A stretch of DNA of 63,504 nucleotides, the filler included, from Octopus bimaculoides (Eukaryota): assembly GCF_001194135.2 (NCBI RefSeq). It is 8 parts of 6 records of this genome, joined end to end, with 100 filler letters (N's around TTAATTAATTAA, not from the genome) between each part and the next. Parts side by side here need not be neighbours in the genome. Positions count along the whole stretch, not along the records: positions 31,387 to 41,893 come from NC_068993.1; positions 41,994 to 49,770 come from NC_068986.1; positions 49,871 to 54,438 come from NC_068983.1; 5 more parts are not named here. One strand, written 5' to 3'. Positions 37,615-50,132 of this stretch are shown in pieces. Position numbers and translations under genes: made by a program. Every line of letters begins with the position of its first letter. Positions within the stretch are counted from its first letter, which is position 1. The notes below the pieces were generated by a model that saw only the letters and a program-made list of their open reading frames with translations, had not been told where the DNA came from and ran no database searches.

Positions 37615-38237
37615 GCCAGTAGGTAGGTATGTATGTATGTATGTATGTAGGTAGGTAGGTAGGTAGGTAGGTATGCACGTAGATATGTATTTATGTATAT
37701 ACGTGCTATGTCAAATTATTTGGGAGGTATCTCATAATTGCTTCTGGTAACATGGAATCCAGTAAAACATATTGTATGGTCGGGTCTTCAGTGACTAAAC
37801 CAACAATCTTACTAGGCTAGCCTGGTGAGGAGTGTTGATAGAAACCCATCAGGACTAAAACAAAACCTGTTAAAAAGACAAGTGAAGCTAGCAATAGCAC
37901 GAACCCTCCGAAATTCCAGGTTAATATCCGGCGTGCTGGCAGACTACATGGAATGAGACAGCCCTCAACTTTTCTTAAAGCATGTCTGTAGGAAATGTCA
38001 CTCTGATATAAAACCAGATATGAAGGGAATGGCATTGGACATTTTGGGCATCTTTTACTTGCCTGAGCAGAGAGCCACCGTGTATGTGTTAAAATGATCA
38101 CTTTGAAGATAATTTTTCAAGGCTTATAGTAAAATAAGCATTACTTTTTACATATTTTTCTCTGTGCTGATTTCATTCTACTAAGTGATTAAATTCATAT
38201 CAATTTTACCCTTTGAACCTTAGTTTAAATCTGACCG

Positions 38238-39165
38238 ATATCAGACACTGCACGTTGTATGAATTTAGAAGAGGCTCCTCATCAATAGAAGCTCCAAGAA
38301 GTATTCGAGCTATGAAAATGAAGCGTTAAATGTCCAGACATCCCAACGATGGTTTTGCCAGTTTTGCTCGTGGTATATTTCTCTTATAGATCACTGACGA
38401 TCTTGACGACAAAGTTCTTTCAATAGTCAGCTTTTGAAAGCCATAACTGAAGAAGACCCGAAACAAACTGCATGAGAATTAGCAAAGCAGTTCATTTCAG
38501 ATTAAACTTCTATCATCAAACATCTTCATGAACTAAAAGAAAATGTCTTTATTTGGTTAGTGAGATCCTCATCATTGAGCGCTTCTTAATTTAATAAATG
38601 AGTTGCCCTCTGTTCGTCATTTAAGAGTAGTCTTACTACAGAATATTTCCTTGGCATAATCATCAGAAGAGAGGTGAAGTGGCTTTTCTGCAATCAATTC
38701 CAATGAAGCAGAAAATGGTTTGTACCAAATCAAAACAAGAAGAACCCATGCCCCTATGCCACCATGCCCAAAAGCTGTCATGCTCTGTCTTTGGTGAGAT
38801 ATGAAGTGTGTAGTCTATCATGAAGTAGTATTAAACCAAAATGAAAGAAATTAATGCGGGAAATTGTTGAAAGCTTTGCACAAAAATTTACAGGAAATGC
38901 ACCTGTCGTTGGCCAAATGTAAAAGAATGTTGCTTTTACACGCTAATGTAAACCCACTTATTGCTCAAGTCACTCACGAAAAGATTATGGGACTAAATAC
39001 GGGCGTTTTACCTCACCTTTCTCAATTTTCTGATTATGATCCAACTATTATCTTTTCAGATTATTGCAACATAGATTGGAGGGAAAACAGTTTATTAATT
39101 GTTAAAAGGGGTAAATTTATACTGACTGTTTCATTACTTCGAAACCTCAAAAGTTTTGCACATTA
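38238..39165 (+). pseudogene. Mariner transposase relic
   Basis: LYEFRRG...QRWF...LKAITEEDPKQT..ELAKQF (HTH), then HPKAVMLCLW*DMKCVVYHEV and LLLHANVNPL (LHDNARPH-like); many stops. Confidence 0.8.
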
Positions 39166-39339
39166 GAGACCAACAATCTGCCAAGCTGACGTGGTTATGT
39201 TTTCTATAATGAAGGGAAAATTACTTTGATTAAATATATCGAATAAAAACCAAAAAAACAGTTGTTTCTTTGCAATCTGTTGTTATAATAGAACTTATTT
39301 TCCAGCCCTGCATATAGGTCACTAAAACTACTGAATTGT

Positions 39340-40150
39340 TTAATATTTCGAGAGGTGACGTTTCTATAGTTATATTGGCATGCCAAAACCAAGGCGAAAC
39401 CAACTGTGGCAAGCATAATTCTGGAGAGCTAGGACAGCTCACCGAGGGGGACCAGAGAGTAATTTGTCTAAAAAGCATTGAACTACTACAGCAAAAATAA
39501 CAGCAGATTTGAACCACCAGCTTACGAAACTTGTGTCAACCATAACGGTTTATCGTGAGGTCGATAAAGCTAGATGCAAAAAGAGGATTGCAAATGTTAA
39601 ATCTCTTCTATAACCATCAACATTAATATGTAAACGGTCAATGGTTCAATGACAGAATATTAATTTTCTGATAAGTCACTTATCGCGAGTTTATCTAGAG
39701 ACATCCCAAAAAACCTTCAACACTTGCTTTTTGCCTCCTACTATAAAGCATAGAAATGGTCCTATAATTAGCAGCTATATAAGTGAATTCACTTGGCTGT
39801 TGAGTTGATCTACATAGCAGAGTTAATGCTAAGGATTATCTGTTTTGGTTAATCACATCCTTTCAGATGTTTCACTTCCTTCCACATTGTTGCAAGATGG
39901 CAATGCTGACTTCTAGAATTTTAAGGCATTGATTCACACGGTTAATATTATTCAAAATTAGTTCGAAGAGCTTAAATGTATGGCAAGGCATTTGGATCGC
40001 CTCGCAACCATCTGAACTCAATATAAACAAAGAGTTCTGGTGCATTTTGGTGCTAGAAGTGAGAGGCTACTTTGTTCTGCCATCGTCGCTAAAAGAGTTA
40101 AAGCAGGGATTACTTGAAGAATCGCTCAACATTTCCTTAACATATGTTCA
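39340..40150 (+). pseudogene. Tc1 transposase relic
   Basis: Degenerate TTTAKITADLNHQL..VST.TVYRE, IFSD, PT.KH, LQDGNA and SELN motifs in Tc1 order. Confidence 0.7.
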
Positions 40151-40312
40151 GAACTTGCATGGGCCGATTCTTCAAGAGATGTGATTGATGCCGAAGGTGG
40201 AAAAAGTCCGCATGAAATAATAAAATTTACATTTAACAAGATAATTGCAATATTCTGTCTAACTTCTGTACAGACACACACAGACACACACAGACACACA
40301 GAGATACACACA

Positions 40313-40366
<54 letters not shown>

Positions 40367-41122
40367 NNNNNNNNNNNNNNNNNNNNNNNNNNNNNNNNNN
40401 NNNNNNNNNNNNNNNNNNNNNNNNNNNNNNNNNNNNNNNNNNNNNNNNNNNNNNNNNNNNNNNNNNNNNNNNNNNNNNNNNNNNNNNNNNNNNNNNNNNN
40501 NNNNNNNNNNNNNNNNNNNNNNNNNNNNNNNNNNNNNNNNNNNNNNNNNNNNNNNNNNNNNNNNNNNNNNNNNNNNNNNNNNNNNNNNNNNNNNNNNNNN
40601 NNNNNNNNNNNNNNNNNNNNNNNNNNNNNNNNNNNNNNNNNNNNNNNNNNNNNNNNNNNNNNNNNNNNNNNNNNNNNNNNNNNNNNNNNNNNNNNNNNNN
40701 NNNNNNNNNNNNNNNNNNNNNNNNNNNNNNNNNNNNNNNNNNNNNNNNNNNNNNNNNNNNNNNNNNNNNNNNNNNNNNNNNNNNNNNNNNNNNNNNNNNN
40801 NNNNNNNNNNNNNNNNNNNNNNNNNNNNNNNNNNNNNNNNNNNNNNNNNNNNNNNNNNNNNNNNNNNNNNNNNNNNNNNNNNNNNNNNNNNNNNNNNNNN
40901 NNNNNNNNNNNNNNNNNNNNNNNNNNNNNNNNNNNNNNNNNNNNNNNNNNNNNNNNNNNNNNNNNNNNNNNNNNNNNNNNNNNNNNNNNNNNNNNNNNNN
41001 NNNNNNNNNNNNNNNNNNNNNNNNNNNCGGTAAGACTATTTATCATTATAAATATACAGGGATTAGCAATTGAGTTGCTTCTCCAACATACTGAAAATTT
41101 AGAAATAGCATTTAGAAATAGC

Positions 41123-41176
41123 ATTTGAACTATTTGGATTATTTTCGCAATTTATCCAGTACAACGCTTAAACAAG

Positions 41177-41213
<37 letters not shown>

Positions 41214-41638
41214 GTATCTATATGTACATATATATGTACATCTACTACATATGTGGAAATCTGTGGGTGTGTTTGTTTGTGGCGTTGTTATCTAACTCCT
41301 CCTACATCGTTTTATCGATTTTGATGAAACTTGACACGTGAGTAGAACTCATCTCTGGAAAACTAGTGACATGCTTAGATTGTTGAAAAATCGATAATAG
41401 AGCTCGTGGAAGGGATTCTTATATCTACTACGTACAAGTAATATGTTATTTTCAAACATCCAAGGGAAATAACCCATTCACTGCTGAAAGGAATCCTTAT
41501 ATATAGCCAAGGGAAATAACCCATCATTGTTCGTCAATTGTTTCGTATAAATCAAATCGAGTATGCTTATTTCTTAGTATTTGAACTATTTGGATTATTT
41601 TCGCAATTTATCCAGTACAACGCTTAAACAAGTAAATA
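41123..41638. mobile_element. Helitron-associated (HINE-like) non-autonomous element bracketed by an exact 60-bp direct repeat
   Basis: 41123-41182 equals 41579-41638; the interior has tctactacatatgt, a gtgtgtttgtttgt microsatellite and cgattttgatgaaacttgacac, which resembles HINE/DINE-1-like elements. Confidence 0.55.
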
Positions 41639-41994
41639 GTATTTTCCTAAACAATAGATCCACTCATTTCGGTTATTGATTTATTCACGATTTCATGTTA
41701 TTACAAAACTGACTTCAAAATTTGAGCATTCATAACTTATTGAGAACTCCTAAAAAGAAGATCCTCTGTAAGACAGTTCGGTATTCTCAATAAATGCACA
41801 AAGACCATTTTAAGGGCTATATACTTTGTATTGTTGTTACTGCATTAGAGAAAGAATTATGAGAACGGATATGTCAGCTAGGATATATATATANNNNNNN
41901 NNNNNNNNNNNNNNNNNNNNNNNNNNNNNNNNNNNNNTTAATTAATTAANNNNNNNNNNNNNNNNNNNNNNNNNNNNNNNNNNNNNNNNNNNNA

Positions 41995-42253
41995 AAAACA
42001 GAAACAATTCCTATCATAGTAGGTGCCTTAGGTATAATAAAAAAATATTCAGACAAATACATAACAAAAACACCAGGACTTACAAATATATATAACATAC
42101 AGAAAATTGCACTACTGGGTACTGCACACATTCTACGCAAAACACTTTCAATACAGTAAACATAAGAGCACCACAGCAAACCACAGCACATACCCAAGGC
42201 GCACAGAGCTGCGCTCGGTAGTGAAGTGAAAGCACGTTATAAAAATAAAACTA

Positions 42254-42257
<4 letters not shown>
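41995..42257 (+). mobile_element. R4/Dong-like LINE 3' end (intact C-terminal frame, 3' UTR, then (aat)n)
   Basis: KTETIPIIVGALGIIKKYSDKYITKTPGLTNIYNIQKIALLGTAHILRKTLSIQ* (41995-42159), open back into the gap. Confidence 0.85.
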
Positions 42258-42328
<71 letters not shown>

Positions 42329-42329
42329 T

Positions 42330-42795
42330 GTGATCATCTGACCAGACATCGGAAACCGGACACTATTCTCGTGAATAAAAAAGAAAGAACTAGTATGATA
42401 ATCGACATAGCATATCCCGGTGACAACAGGATCAAAGACAAAACAAGAAAAACTGAACAATTACGACGATTTGAAGTGGGAAATACGAAGGTTGTGGTCA
42501 ATGAGGGGACTAGACGTGATACCAGTAGTAATTGGTGCACCTGGCAGTATCAGCACTCAACTACCAACGTAGCTCAAAAAGATTGATACAAATGCAAAGA
42601 TAGAACACCTACAAAAACCAGCATTGCTTGGAACTGCAAGAATTCTTCGTAGGGTTCCTGAAGCATGACCAGTAAACAAATGTCACCTTAGTCTGCTGGC
42701 TGTGAACAGATGACACTTTCCATCATATCCAGCAAAATAAGCTGTGAGTTTTCATCAAATATCACCATCATCATCATCATCCTCATCATCATCAT
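42330..42795 (+). pseudogene. Second R4/Dong-like LINE 3' fragment with (atc)n tail
   Basis: RKPDTILVNKKERTSMIIDIAYPGD (PD..D RLE motif)...YDDLKWEIRRLW...IPVVIGA...ALLGTARILRRV. Confidence 0.85.
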
Positions 42796-42834
42796 TATTA
42801 TAATACTCAGAATTCTCGATCTCACATGCTCGGT

Positions 42835-43345
42835 TAATTTAAAAAATTCTCGCCGTCTCCAACAGAGCAGTTCTCTGAGCATGCTCTAACCTCATGTCAA
42901 TTCCAATTTTTCCGATATATTTCTTTAACTTGGTTGTTAGTAATCCGAGTGCCCCCACAGTTACTGAGATGACAGTCACTCTCTTCATTGCCCACTTTCT
43001 TGCAATCTCGTCTTTTAGTAACTTGTATTTTCTCACTTTTTCTAGCTCTTTCTTACTTATACGTGTGCCCCTAGGTATGGCAATATCTACAACAACGTCT
43101 GGTCTTCGGGCATCTATTACAGAGTCATGTTGGATTGTAAAATCCCACAAGATCTTAATATTCATTATTTTCAGTGACGTCTTCTGGTTAATGTTCGAAC
43201 CATTTCCGTGTTTTTCCAAGACCGTACTTCTCACACAATCTCCAGTGAACAAACCTAGCCACGTTATCGCACCTCCTTTTGTATCCCTTATGGGCCAGTT
43301 TGCTACATTCACTCACGACACGTGATATTGTTTCGTTCTTGCTGC
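42835..43345 (-). pseudogene. Third R4/Dong-like LINE 3' fragment
   Basis: ORF-track translation KILWDFTIQHDSVIDARRPDVVVDIAIP...EKVRKYKLLKDEI...VTVGALG...ALLETARIF. Confidence 0.85.
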
Positions 43346-43424
43346 CTCACATCCTACAAAGGGGCGATTCACTGTTCTTATCTACTTCGAATTTGTTGTA
43401 AGAAGTGATCTTATTTGGAACTCG

Positions 43425-43610
43425 GTAAGAGGCGAGCTGGTGGAATCGTCAGCGGCATTTCGTCCGTCTTTACGTTCTGAGTTCAAATAGCGCAGTGGTC
43501 TACTTTATCTTTCATCCTTTCAGGGTCGATAGAATAAGTACCAGTTTAGTATTGGGGTCGATGTAATCGACTTAACCCTTCCCCTGAAATTGCTGGCCTT
43601 ATGCCAAAGT
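43425..43610 (+). mobile_element. SINE family A copy
   Basis: ggcgagctggtggaatcgtcagc...ctgagttcaaat...gggtcgatagaataagtaccagt...gctggcctt. Confidence 0.8.
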
Positions 43611-43686
43611 TTTATCATCATCATGATTATTATTATTGGATTTGGTGGCTTTGTGTTTAAGTTAGAAATCATCATCATTATCATCG

Positions 43687-43752
<66 letters not shown>

Positions 43753-44105
43753 GTAATATTATTATTATAGACATGAAGTAATGTGAATTTTACTAAACAC
43801 ACTAAAAACGGTCTCCTAATAGTGTAGCACATTCAAAATTATTGTAGTTATGAGAAATATCCGAATGAAACTAGGTCAAAAGAGATTCACCAAACGAGAC
43901 ATTCATACTAATTTGCAGCAATGGCATTTCTGCATTTCATTTGCATAAATTATTAGATTGTGTGAACGACATTGAATACAATTGTTTATCTGGGATTGCA
44001 ATTATCAACAAAGTATTTCGTAATATAACATGAAATTATAAATTAATTGTAGATTACAAAGTTTTAGTTTCGAATGTAAACAGAAGACACCAGAAAAGCA
44101 TAATA

Positions 44106-44356
44106 TAGTAATCCCTCACCATATCGCGGTTCACCTATTGCGGTTCACCTATCGCGGTTCACCCATCGCAGTTTATTATTTAAGCTTACGTCGATTCCTC
44201 CGTGGTGTTGTGTTGCATTTATAATAAAATGAATATATACAAATCATAAAAATAAAAAATAAAAATTTACAGTACAGTACTGTTTCTACTTCGCGGATTT
44301 TCACCTATCGCGGGAGTTTTTGGAACGTAACACCTGCAATAGTCGAGGGATTACTG
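44106..44356. mobile_element. Tigger/pogo-like MITE copy 1
   Basis: (T)AGTAATCCCTC ... GAGGGATTACTG termini; same body as 56034-56325. Confidence 0.8.
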
Positions 44357-44411
44357 CAATGCAGTTGTTTTTTTTCTTTTATCTACATACAAGCAAAATA
44401 TCGGAGGTCTG

Positions 44412-44780
44412 TTGCACCTCAGTAACAAAACAAAAATCTCTTTCCTAAGAGGCCCCACTACATTCAATCAACCTGCATACATAGCACTTGTGGAAATGCA
44501 TCTTAAACCTACTATAGGCTATGCTGGCATACACATACCGAAGTATGTTCCATTACGAACGAACAGAAGAGAAAGCAACCACGGTAGAAATATACTATGC
44601 ATCCGTGAGGACTTCACGCCCCGGGTTCTGCTGTCATATTCAAATTTTGTATGTGACACTCAAATTGTACAGATAAGACAATTGGATATTATCATATGTA
44701 CTACATATCACTCATCAGATTCTCCAAATCACAAAAATAGAAGTTTTCACGAAACTGGAACAACACATCAGTGTATTCCC
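44412..44780 (+). pseudogene. LINE apurinic-endonuclease (APE) relic
   Basis: IALVEMHLKPTI...IPKYVPLRTNRRESNHG...IRE...IIICTTYH resembles the exonuclease-endonuclease-phosphatase domain of CR1/L2/Jockey-type ORF2. Confidence 0.6.
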
Positions 44781-45587
44781 TGGGTTACTTCAACTTCCCC
44801 TAAGTGGGAAGAGAGATATCTTTTGGCTACTATTTCTAGCACGACCAGTGATATGGCAAAAACTATCTTAGCTCTTTCATAGTCAATATTGCGGCGATCG
44901 AATCCGCTTAGAAGTTCCGACTTTTAGAGTAGCATCTCCGTAAACTAGCAAGTGATGCTACTAATGCTCCTTTAGTACGAGTAGTCAATTCTGGTTGATC
45001 AGGCCTCCTTTGATAGTAAACAAAAACAACAACAAAAACAACTCGTATTAATGAAATGGAAATATTAACCAAAACGGCGGCCTGTAAGACTTACAGCCAC
45101 GTGAACAATGAAGCTAATTGCTTGATTAAAAAGAAAAGAAAAAAAATCGCTTGATTTAAGAGAGCTAATCTCTCCTGACGCATCAGCAGTGAACATACTC
45201 TATCATTACAATTGAAATCGTCGGCGTTGTATATTTTCTACACCTACAACTTTGAGGTTCAACATGTTTACAACTGATTCATTATAAGTCTGCCAAAACA
45301 GAGATATGTTGCACGATTGCCTCTAATTGGTTCAAGGTTAACTGGTTGTAGTTAAAGATAAATGTAATTTGTGCAGTGTAAGTAGCTCTTGAAAGTTTGT
45401 ATTTTGTTTTGACGAATCTTTCCGCTTGTGTGTAACACTGAAGTACCGACTAAGTGAGCCCAATGGCGTATTACATCGTTAGAGAATTGTTAAAAGCTTC
45501 TTCATGAAGTTCACCTGCTTGAGGCCAAATTTTCAAAAGACAAACGTAGAAGGATTTAGAGTCAGTGCTGCAAATTATTAAATCATT

Positions 45588-45790
45588 TTCAAATTTTGGC
45601 ACAAGGCCAGCAATTTCGGGGAAGGAGATAAGTCGATTACATCGACCTCTGTAATCAACTGGTACTTATTTTATCGACCTCGAAATGATGAACGGCAAAG
45701 TCGACTTCGGCGGAATTTGAACTCAGACGGACGAATTACTGCTGAGCATCCCCCCACCCACGTGCTAACGATTCTGCCAGCTCACCACCT
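45588..45790 (-). mobile_element. SINE family A copy (left member of head-to-head pair)
   Basis: aaattttggcacaaggccagc...gtcgacttcggcggaatttgaactcag...gctaacgattctgccagctcaccacct. Confidence 0.85.
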
Positions 45791-45823
45791 CATGTCATTT
45801 CCTAATTATTAGCATGATTAGTA

Positions 45824-46040
45824 AGGCGGTAAGCTGGTGGAATCGTCAGCATGCCAGACAAAATGTTTAGCGACATTTCTTCCGACTCATTTTATGCTGC
45901 TATTCCCAATTTTACTGAAGACGACTCTTCCTTTTAACCTTTTAGGGGTTGATAAAATAAGTATCAGTTGAGCAGTGGAACCGATGTAATCGACCAGGTC
46001 CCTCTTCCAAATTTAAGACCCTGTGCCCAGAGTAGATAAA
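45824..46040 (+). mobile_element. SINE family A copy (right member of head-to-head pair)
   Basis: aggcggtaagctggtggaatcgtcagc...ggggttgataaaataagtatcagttgagca. Confidence 0.75.
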
Positions 46041-47836
46041 ATTAGTAGTTTGATTAGTGCTGGCCTTGCATTACAATTAGAAAGGATTATTAGTATGATA
46101 TAAGGTCCCTGAAGACAGGGTATCTGGATTCATTTGTAACACATATACCTAGCAATAACATATACCTGTTAATATCAATTCATGTCTTCTTGGTGTATTA
46201 ATGGATTCATGTGAGAGACGGGCAGACCTAACATGGGCAGAAGGCCAGAAATTTGCTGGGAGGCAATAATTTTGGCTGGAGAAGCCAGAAGAAATACTGC
46301 CAGGCATTTTATCCGACGTCCCTAATCAACCATTATATCATAAGTGGCACTAATAAAATATGGAGTATAATATTCCATCCACTTATTCGAAAGTGTTTTT
46401 GCAAAGACAATATGTCATTATTTTTCGTTTTTATTGTTGCGATTTAAATCCAGGTCAGCTGTGATGCAATAGGTAGATCTTTAATTAAAGGCGTTTCAGT
46501 CATAGCTAACACGACTATCGAGGATTACAATTGTCTGATGTAACCGTTTTTCCGAGACGGTAGACCGGAATTTGATAGAGATTAGGCTGTTATTTTGAGC
46601 TTGTCTAACAATTACGTATCAATTCCTTTGTTTTATAGATTTGTTGTCACATTAACACATGTAGCGATAGGAGGTTTGTCACATGTAATTTAACGTCAAA
46701 GAGTATAAGATGTAATTACTCGCAGTATTTCGAGTTAATTGGGAAATGGCAGAATTATAATATCAATTAATTAATTACTTAGAGGCACACTAACTAGAGT
46801 TGAATTGAAATATAGATATTTCAATCATATTAAACATGTTTGCGTTCACTCAGACATGGAAAGAAATACACTGCTAGAGTTATTCTGAACGAAAAAAAAA
46901 CCCCTCAAAAACTTCGTAACAGAAAATATATGCGGAAAAAAAAACACAAATGGGCTATGAATGGCGTCATCGGAATGTAGGTCGCATGCATTTCTGCGTG
47001 GTTAAGTGTCATCAGCTACAAATAACGAGTCGTCGTGCATAGCCACATACATATATGCATGCATGCATACACGCATGCATACATACATACATACATACAT
47101 ACATACATACATACGTACATACATATGCATACATAATAGACATATACATACATACATACATCTANNNNNNNNNNNNNNNNNNNNNNNNNNNNNNNNNNNN
47201 NNNNNNNNNNNNNNNNNNNNNNNNNNNNNNNNNNNNNNNNNNNNNNNNNNNNNNNNNNNNNNNNNNNNNNNNNNNNNNNNNNNNNNNNNNNNNNNNNNNN
47301 NNNNNNNNNNNNNNNNNNNNNNNNNNNNNNNNNNNNNNNNNNNNNNNNNNNNNNNNNNNNNNNNNNNNNNNNNNNNNNNNNNNNNNNNNNNNNNNNNNNN
47401 NNNNNNNNNNNNNNNNNNNNNNNNNNNNNNNNNNNNNNNNNNNNNNNNNNNNNNNNNNNNNNNNNNNNNNNNNNNNNNNNNNNNNNNNNNNNNNNNNNNN
47501 NNNNNNNNNNNNNNNNNNNNNNNNNNNNNNNNNNNNNNNNNNNNNNNNNNNNNNNNNNNNNNNNNNNNNNNNNNNNNNNNNNNNNNNNNNNNNNNNNNNN
47601 NNNNNNNNNNNNNNNNNNNNNNNNNNNNNNNNNNNNNNNNNNNNNNNNNNNNNNNNNNNNNNNNNNNNNNNNNNNNNNNNNNNNNNNNNNNNNNNNNNNN
47701 NNNNNNNNNNNNNNNNNNNNNNNNNNNNNNNNNNNNNNNNNNNNNNNNNNNNNNNNNNNNNNNNNNNNNNNNNNNNNNNNNNNNNNNNNNNNNNNNNNNN
47801 NNNNNNNNNNNNNNNNNNNNNNNNNNNNNNNNNNNN

Positions 47837-47871
<35 letters not shown>

Positions 47872-48193
47872 TGATAGATGACTTGCCATGTTAAACGAAG
47901 ACAGCTAGATGGTGAATTTCTTCTATGCATGCTCTTAAGCTTTCCCATCGTCTTAGTTCACTAAAAGGCGACCTCCAGTCTGTGTTCTGGGCGATTAAAA
48001 AGACTTCTTGATAGATGAAATAGTGGAACTATTATGCAAATAGATTACCTTAATAAAGTGAACCTAAGAAGGTCAAGTTTGGGATGTGAAACTTATTTTC
48101 CTTACTGTTGTAAATTTGATAAATCGGATCTTGGAAAGATATCAAGAGCGCGGACACATACTGAAAGATACAAAATCAGACGCGCGCGTGCGT

Positions 48194-48228
<35 letters not shown>

Positions 48229-48244
48229 CGCATAAATGTACAGA

Positions 48245-48302
<58 letters not shown>

Positions 48303-48384
48303 CCATATATACATTCATACATACAATAACATACATACACACACACACGCACACACACACACACACATACATACATATATTCTT

Positions 48385-48560
48385 TATTCTTTTATTCTTT
48401 TACTTGTTTCAGTCCTTTGTCTGTGGCCATGCGGGTGTAACGCCTTGAAGGGCTTTAGTCGAACAAATCGACCCCAGGATTTTTGTTAACGCCTAGTACT
48501 TATCCTATCGGTGGCTTTTGCCGTATTGTAAATACATCAACACCGATTGTCAAGCAATGA
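48385..48560 (-). mobile_element. SINE family B 3' part
   Basis: ttattcttttacttgtttcagtc...ggccatgc...gtcgaacaaatcgaccccagg. Confidence 0.8.
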
Positions 48561-49029
48561 TGAAAGTGGGGGGAACATAGACTCAAAAACACACACACAC
48601 ACATAAATACATTCATATATATATATATATATATATATANNNNNNNNNNNNNNNNNNNNNNNNNNNNNNNNNNNNNNNNNNNNNNNNNNNNNNNNNNNNN
48701 NNNNNNNNNNNNNNNNNNNNNNNNNNNNNNNNNNNNNNNNNNNNNNNNNNNNNNNNNNNNNNNNNNNNNNNNNNNNNNNNNNNNNNNNNNNNNNNNNNNN
48801 NNNNNNNNNNNNNNNNNNNNNNNNNNNNNNNNNNNNNNNNNNNNNNNNNNNNNNNNNNNNNNNNNNNNNNNNNNNNNNNNNNNNNNNNNNNNNNNNNNNN
48901 NNNNNNNNNNNNNNNNNNNNNNNNNNNNNNNNNNNNNNNNNNNNNNNNNNNNNNNNNNNNNNNNNNNNNNNNNNNNNNNNNNNNNNNNNNNNNNNNNNNN
49001 NNNNNNNNNNNNNNNNNNNNNNNNNNNNN

Positions 49030-49079
<50 letters not shown>

Positions 49080-49877
49080 ACATATACTTACATATAGATT
49101 AAAGACATAATCATTAAAGTGATTATATCGGTGGCTGGCGTATAAAAAGTGTCAGTATCGGTAAAATGAATTTTTAAGTATATAATTATAAAATATAATT
49201 ATAATTAAAGGCTCTGGAATGTCAGTGTTTATACGCTAAAAGTAGATGTCAAACACGTACAATCCACTCTAAATTAATTCTCTCTTTATAACCCTAGGTC
49301 GGATGCGAGGTAATGGGTAAGAAGATTTACAAAATTTGGGATAATCCTATATCTTGTGATTTCATGATCTGCAATAAAAATTACCTTGCAATCCTCAGTA
49401 GAAATACACCGATAAACATATAAACAAGAAATACAGATACACACTGATAAATTTATTCGCAGATACCAATATATACATGCATTCCTCGCGTATACATTCC
49501 ATCTATTAGCCCATCTCGACCATGTGGATAATGTCAGAAATCATACGGAGTAAATCCAGTCCCGCAGAATAATGTAATGACTAGAGAATTCGGTAATTAT
49601 TTATACATATAAATTAAGGTTATAATCATTAAAATGATTACAGCAGTGGCTAGCATATATCTAATTCAGGTCACGTTGTAAGCTTGCGACATCATCCTGG
49701 TTTTTTTTATTGCCAGTGATTATTTTGTATCATCGGTATAGCTAGTGACAGCTAGTATATATATATATATNNNNNNNNNNNNNNNNNNNNNNNNNNNNNN
49801 NNNNNNNNNNNNNNTTAATTAATTAANNNNNNNNNNNNNNNNNNNNNNNNNNNNNNNNNNNNNNNNNNNNACAAACA

Positions 49878-50045
49878 CACATACATATTCAGCGGGCTTC
49901 TTTCAGTTTCCGTCTACCAAATCCACTCACAAGGTTTTGGTCGCCCCGAGGCTATAGTAGAAGAAAATTGCCCATGGTACCACGCAGCGGGACTGAACCT
50001 GGAACCATGTGGATGGTAAGCAAGCTAATTACCACACAGCCACTC
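49878..50045 (-). mobile_element. SINE family B head
   Basis: gggcttctttcagtttccgtctaccaaatccactcacaagg...gggactgaacctggaaccatgtgg...accacacagccactcc. Confidence 0.85.
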
Positions 50046-50071
50046 CTGCACGCTCACACATATACAGAGAA

Positions 50072-50132
<61 letters not shown>

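Noticed and set aside
38446-38466. CTGAAGA agaccc GAAAC
   Set aside because: The spacer is too short to form stem II and it lies within mariner coding relic (TEEDPKQ).
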